From NCBI GenBank assembly GCA_045632805.1, contig JAZQXI010000125.1:1-61135 (forward strand): a DNA stretch of 61,135 bases. The letters are read 5' to 3'. This DNA is from Eubacteriales bacterium. Its GTDB lineage: Bacteria; Bacillota; Clostridia; Oscillospirales; CAG-272. Position 1 is the stretch's first letter; each line of letters begins with the position of its first letter. Positions 56,341-61,135 of the stretch are shown piece after piece. Under the pieces are notes generated by a model. The model saw only the letters and a list, made by a program, of their open reading frames with translations. It was not told the origin of the DNA and did not search any database. The position numbers and the translations under genes were made by a program.

Positions 56341-56342
56341 TA

Positions 56343-56393
56343 AAAAAGCTGTCTCACTTGCAATTGCAATGCGATTGCAGGAGACAGCTTTTT
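56343..56393. terminator. Bidirectional terminator (AAAAAGCTGTCTC...GAGACAGCTTTTT)
   Basis: Read directly between radC and eno. Confidence 0.75.
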
Positions 56394-56397
56394 GATT

Positions 56398-57957
<1,560 letters not shown>

Positions 57958-57963
57958 TCATAT

Positions 57964-57992
57964 ATTATACCGCATTCGCCTTGATTTGTAAA
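57964..57992 (-). promoter_or_regulatory. Sigma-A-type promoter (TTTACA, 17 nt, TATAAT) driving the eno leader
   Basis: On the minus strand: -35 at 57987-57992 and -10 at 57964-57969. Confidence 0.55.
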
Positions 57993-58241
57993 TATTCAAT
58001 TGTGACGAAAATTGGCAAAAAAATTTGTGAAAAAACATATGAGTTAGAATTTTACAAAGGTTTTCAACCGCTTTTTTGTGAACTATTTCCATGGACATTT
58101 TTGTCGTATATTTTTTTGCACCGTGAAGAGAGGCGAAGTCTCGGAAAAAAAGAAGAAAATCTGCCGATTTTGGCTTTACAAATTTCCGCAAAAGTGGTAT
58201 ACTATCCTTTAGTTTGAAGTACACCGTAAAGGAGCTTTTTT

Positions 58242-59432
58242 ATGAAGCTGACACACCGTTCCACGATCCTCGCCTGCTACAACGGATACATCACACAGGC
58301 GATCTGCATCAATTTAGCCCCGTTGTTTTATCTGACCTTTCAGAGCGAGTTTGGGCTTTCCGTTACGGCGATCAGTACCTTGATTGCGTTCAATTTTGCG
58401 ACGCAGCTTCTGGTCGACGTTATTGCAACAAGATATTCCAGACGATTGAACCTGCGCGTCGTTTCGGTGGCGGCACATCTGTTCAGCGCTGCGGGACTTG
58501 TGGGAATGTCCTTTTTACCGTATCTCTTTCCCCCTTACGTGGGACTTTTGATTTCCGTTGGACTTTTGGGCGTTGGCGGAGGACTGACCGAGGTCATCAT
58601 CAGCCCTTTGATCGAGGCATGTCCTACGAGCGGAAAATCCGGAAACATGAGCCTTTTGCACTCCTTTTACTGTTGGGGACAGGCGGGCGTTGTGCTGTTT
58701 TCGGGTATCTATTTTGCCTTTTTGGATATCGCCGTTTATTGGCGCTTTCTTCCTATTATATGGGCAATTGTCCCGCTTTTAGGCGCTTTTGCGTTTTGTT
58801 TTGTTCCCATTTATCGGCTTCCCGGAGACGCAAGCGGAAAATCCTCGGCACGTTCTCTCTTCAAAACGCCCGCATTTTGGGGCTTTTTGCTGATGATGTT
58901 CTGCGCGGGTGCTACCGAGCTTACCATGAGCCAATGGGCGTCGGCGTTTGCCGAGTCGGCGTTGGGGATCCCTAAGGAGCTGGGCGATCTGTTAGGCCCT
59001 TGCATGTTTGCCTTGATGATGGGACTTTCTCGTGCGCTGTACGGAAAATTCAGTCATGCGCTTGATCTTCGCTTTTTGATGAAGATCGGATGCGTGGCAT
59101 GTGCCGTTGCGTATCTTTTGGCGGCATTCGTGCCAATTCCCGCGCTCTCTCTTTTGAGTTGCGCACTCTGCGGTCTCGGCGTCGGCATCTTCTGGCCGGG
59201 AATTCTGAGTCAATCCGCAAAAGCGATCCCAATGGGGGGCATTTCCATGTTCGCGTTGCTTGCCGTAGCGGGGGATATGGGGTGTCTCATCGGCCCCAGC
59301 GTTTCAGGCACGCTTGTTGACCTGCTTGGAGGAGACCTTCGTTGGGTGTTCTGCTTTACGCTTCCGTTCCCCGTGATCCTGTTGATCATGCTCTTGTTCC
59401 AAAGCCGTAAAAAAGGAGAAAACAAAGAATGA
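58242..59432 (+). CDS. MFS transporter
   Basis: About 12 TM helices. AAAGGAG RBS. Upstream promoter is TTTACA, 17 nt, TATACT. Confidence 0.8.
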   Translation: MKLTHRSTILACYNGYITQAICINLAPLFYLTFQSEFGLSVTAISTLIAFNFATQLLVDVIATRYSRRLNLRVVSVAAHLFSAAGLVGMSFLPYLFPPYVGLLISVGLLGVGGGLTEVIISPLIEACPTSGKSGNMSLLHSFYCWGQAGVVLFSGIYFAFLDIAVYWRFLPIIWAIVPLLGAFAFCFVPIYRLPGDASGKSSARSLFKTPAFWGFLLMMFCAGATELTMSQWASAFAESALGIPKELGDLLGPCMFALMMGLSRALYGKFSHALDLRFLMKIGCVACAVAYLLAAFVPIPALSLLSCALCGLGVGIFWPGILSQSAKAIPMGGISMFALLAVAGDMGCLIGPSVSGTLVDLLGGDLRWVFCFTLPFPVILLIMLLFQSRKKGENKE

Positions 59433-60073
59433 CGACCTTGATCTTTATTCGCCACGGGCAGAGTCAAGCCAATCTTGACCGCGTGTTCGCGGGGCATACC
59501 AATACGCCTTTGACCGAGCTTGGGATCCGCCAAGCGGAAAATACCGCTCGTTTTTTGGAGCAATATCCCATCGAAAAGATCTACTCCAGTGATCTCTTGC
59601 GATCGATGCAAACGGCAGAGCCGACCGCTAAGCATTTTGGGCTTCCGATCATTCCCGATTGCGAGATGCGCGAGATTTTTGCGGGGGAATGGGAAGGGAA
59701 GCTGTATGAAACTCTGATGAAGGACTATCGCGAAGGGTATGATCTGTGGATTCATGATTGCGGACGCGCGCACCCCAAGGAAGGGGAGAGTGTCAAGGCA
59801 CTTGGAGACCGTATTTACCGTGAAACCGATCGGATTTTGGCGGAAAATCGCGGCAAATGCGTAGCAGTCTTCTCCCATGCTACTCCCATTCGACTGCTCA
59901 ACGCGCGTTGGCAGAACGTTCCCGTTGAGGAGCTGGCGCGTGTCAGCTTTGCACCGAATGCATCGGTTACGTTGGTTGAATACGACGATGAAGACAATTT
60001 CACGCTGAAGCTTTCGGGGTATGATGGGCATCAGGGTGAGCTTTCCACCTCGCTTGCAAAGGGAATCGTGTAA
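59429..60073 (+). CDS. Histidine phosphatase family protein (phosphoglycerate mutase-like)
   Basis: FIRHGQSQAN (RHG motif) and a later SHATPIR. ATGA overlap with the MFS gene. Confidence 0.8.
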   Translation: MTTLIFIRHGQSQANLDRVFAGHTNTPLTELGIRQAENTARFLEQYPIEKIYSSDLLRSMQTAEPTAKHFGLPIIPDCEMREIFAGEWEGKLYETLMKDYREGYDLWIHDCGRAHPKEGESVKALGDRIYRETDRILAENRGKCVAVFSHATPIRLLNARWQNVPVEELARVSFAPNASVTLVEYDDEDNFTLKLSGYDGHQGELSTSLAKGIV

Positions 60074-60078
60074 AAATC

Positions 60079-60110
60079 AAGTAGGCGGTCTCCATCGAGA
60101 CCGCCTGCTT
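60079..60110. terminator. Bidirectional terminator (AGGCGGTCTC-CATC-GAGACCGCCT)
   Basis: Read directly between convergent genes. Confidence 0.7.
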
Positions 60111-60123
60111 TTTATATCTTCGA

Positions 60124-61135
60124 TTATTTCTTAAGATTTGCTTCCAGAGTTGCAAGCTCGTCGTAAAGCTCAGCGGGAACACGGTCGCCGATCTGCTTGT
60201 AGAACGCCTTGATGTTTTCAACGTCCTCGAGCCAGCTTTCGGTGTCGATGGTAAGCAGCTCACGAATGGTCTCAACGGTGACACCGTCAAGTCCTTCAAT
60301 GTTGATATCCTCAGCCTTCGGAACAAAGCCGATAGGAGTTTCAACAGCATCAACCTTGCCGGCGCAACGGTCGAGGATCCACATCAGGACTCTCATGTTA
60401 TCACCGAATCCGGGCCAGATGAAGTGACCTTCAGCATCGGTACGGAACCAGTTTACGTGGAAGATCTTGGGAGCGTTGGGGATTTTCTTGCCCATTGCCA
60501 GCCAGTGAGCGAAGTAATCACCCATGTCGTAACCAACGAAGGGACGCATTGCCATGGGGTCACGGCGAACAACGCCTACGGCACCTGCTGCAGCTGCGGT
60601 GGTTTCCGACGCCATGATGGAGCCGACGAAGGTACCGTTCTGCCAGTTACGGGATTCGGAAACCAGGGGAGCGGTCTTTGCGCGACGGCCACCGAAGATG
60701 ATCGCGGAGAGCGGAACACCCTTGAGGCTGTTGAACTCAGAGGAGATGCAGGGGCAGTTGGTTGCCATTGCGGTGAAACGGGAGTTGGGGTGAGCACCGG
60801 AGGTGTTGACCTTGTCTGCCTTGTCGTACTTGGTGTAATCCCACTTTTCGCCCTTCCAGTTGAGTGCGTTCTTGGGAGGATTGTTGTCAAGACCTTCCCA
60901 CCAAACGGTGTTGTCATCCAGATTGTGGCAAACGTTGGTGAAGATGCAGTTCTTCTTGGTGGTCATGAGAGCGTTGTAGTTGGAGTGCTCGTTGGTGCCG
61001 GGAGCTACGCCGAAGAAGCCGTTTTCGGGGTTGATGGCGTAGAGTCTGCCGTCCTCGCCTACGCGGATCCAAGCGATGTCATCGCCGACAGTCCATACCT
61101 TGTATCCTGCCTTCTTGTAGATTTCGGGCGGGATG
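60124..61135 (-). CDS. pck: Phosphoenolpyruvate carboxykinase (GTP), C-terminal part; the 5' end lies beyond the window
   Basis: FHVNWFR and IWPGFGDNMRVL motifs. My hand translation upstream of the track's Met stays in frame (GDDIAWIRVGEDGRLYAINPENGFFGVAPGT), so the gene runs off the window edge. Confidence 0.85.
   Translation of the reverse strand, partial: IPPEIYKKAGYKVWTVGDDIAWIRVGEDGRLYAINPENGFFGVAPGTNEHSNYNALMTTKKNCIFTNVCHNLDDNTVWWEGLDNNPPKNALNWKGEKWDYTKYDKADKVNTSGAHPNSRFTAMATNCPCISSEFNSLKGVPLSAIIFGGRRAKTAPLVSESRNWQNGTFVGSIMASETTAAAAGAVGVVRRDPMAMRPFVGYDMGDYFAHWLAMGKKIPNAPKIFHVNWFRTDAEGHFIWPGFGDNMRVLMWILDRCAGKVDAVETPIGFVPKAEDINIEGLDGVTVETIRELLTIDTESWLEDVENIKAFYKQIGDRVPAELYDELATLEANLKK

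Overview
This 61-kb window looks like ordinary chromosome from a spore-forming anaerobic Firmicute of class Clostridia, probably a gut Oscillospiraceae/Ruminococcaceae-like organism. That placement is an inference from gene content: spoIVA, spoVB, gpr-spoIIP, NfnAB-type oxidoreductase, rubredoxin/rubrerythrin, GTP-type PEPCK and beta-glucuronidase. I call about 50 CDS. They include core genes (malic enzyme, manA, murE, dinB, pheST behind a Phe T-box leader, eno, pck). They also include two AraC-controlled hexuronate clusters (uidA-uxaB-uxaA-X-esterase-uxaC-TIM barrel, and uxaC2-SDR-uxuA-M55-RraA). A more AT-rich segment carries a secreted LamG + BNR/sialidase-like protein with its own AraC regulator. 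I saw no rRNA, tRNA, CRISPR array, integrase, transposase or recognisable defence gene, so I cannot claim that a novel protein system is present. The most unusual signals are non-coding. (1) A multi-hairpin repeat of about 200 nt occurs four times: three copies fill a 912-bp gene-free tract after nfnB, and one sits between the RraA-like gene and pheT. Its stems are kept by compensatory changes between copies. (2) Terminator-like hairpins share sequence across loci. (3) A promoter plus a roughly 230-nt structured leader with an intrinsic terminator sits upstream of eno. Protein-level leads are a 55-codon ORF missing from the track that is translationally coupled to the LamG/BNR gene, an ATP-grasp N-terminal fragment heading a racemase-murE-dinB operon, M55 and RraA-like genes where kdgK/kdgA would be expected, and two large orphan proteins. 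All functional calls rest on motifs I recognise by eye; no database search was run.
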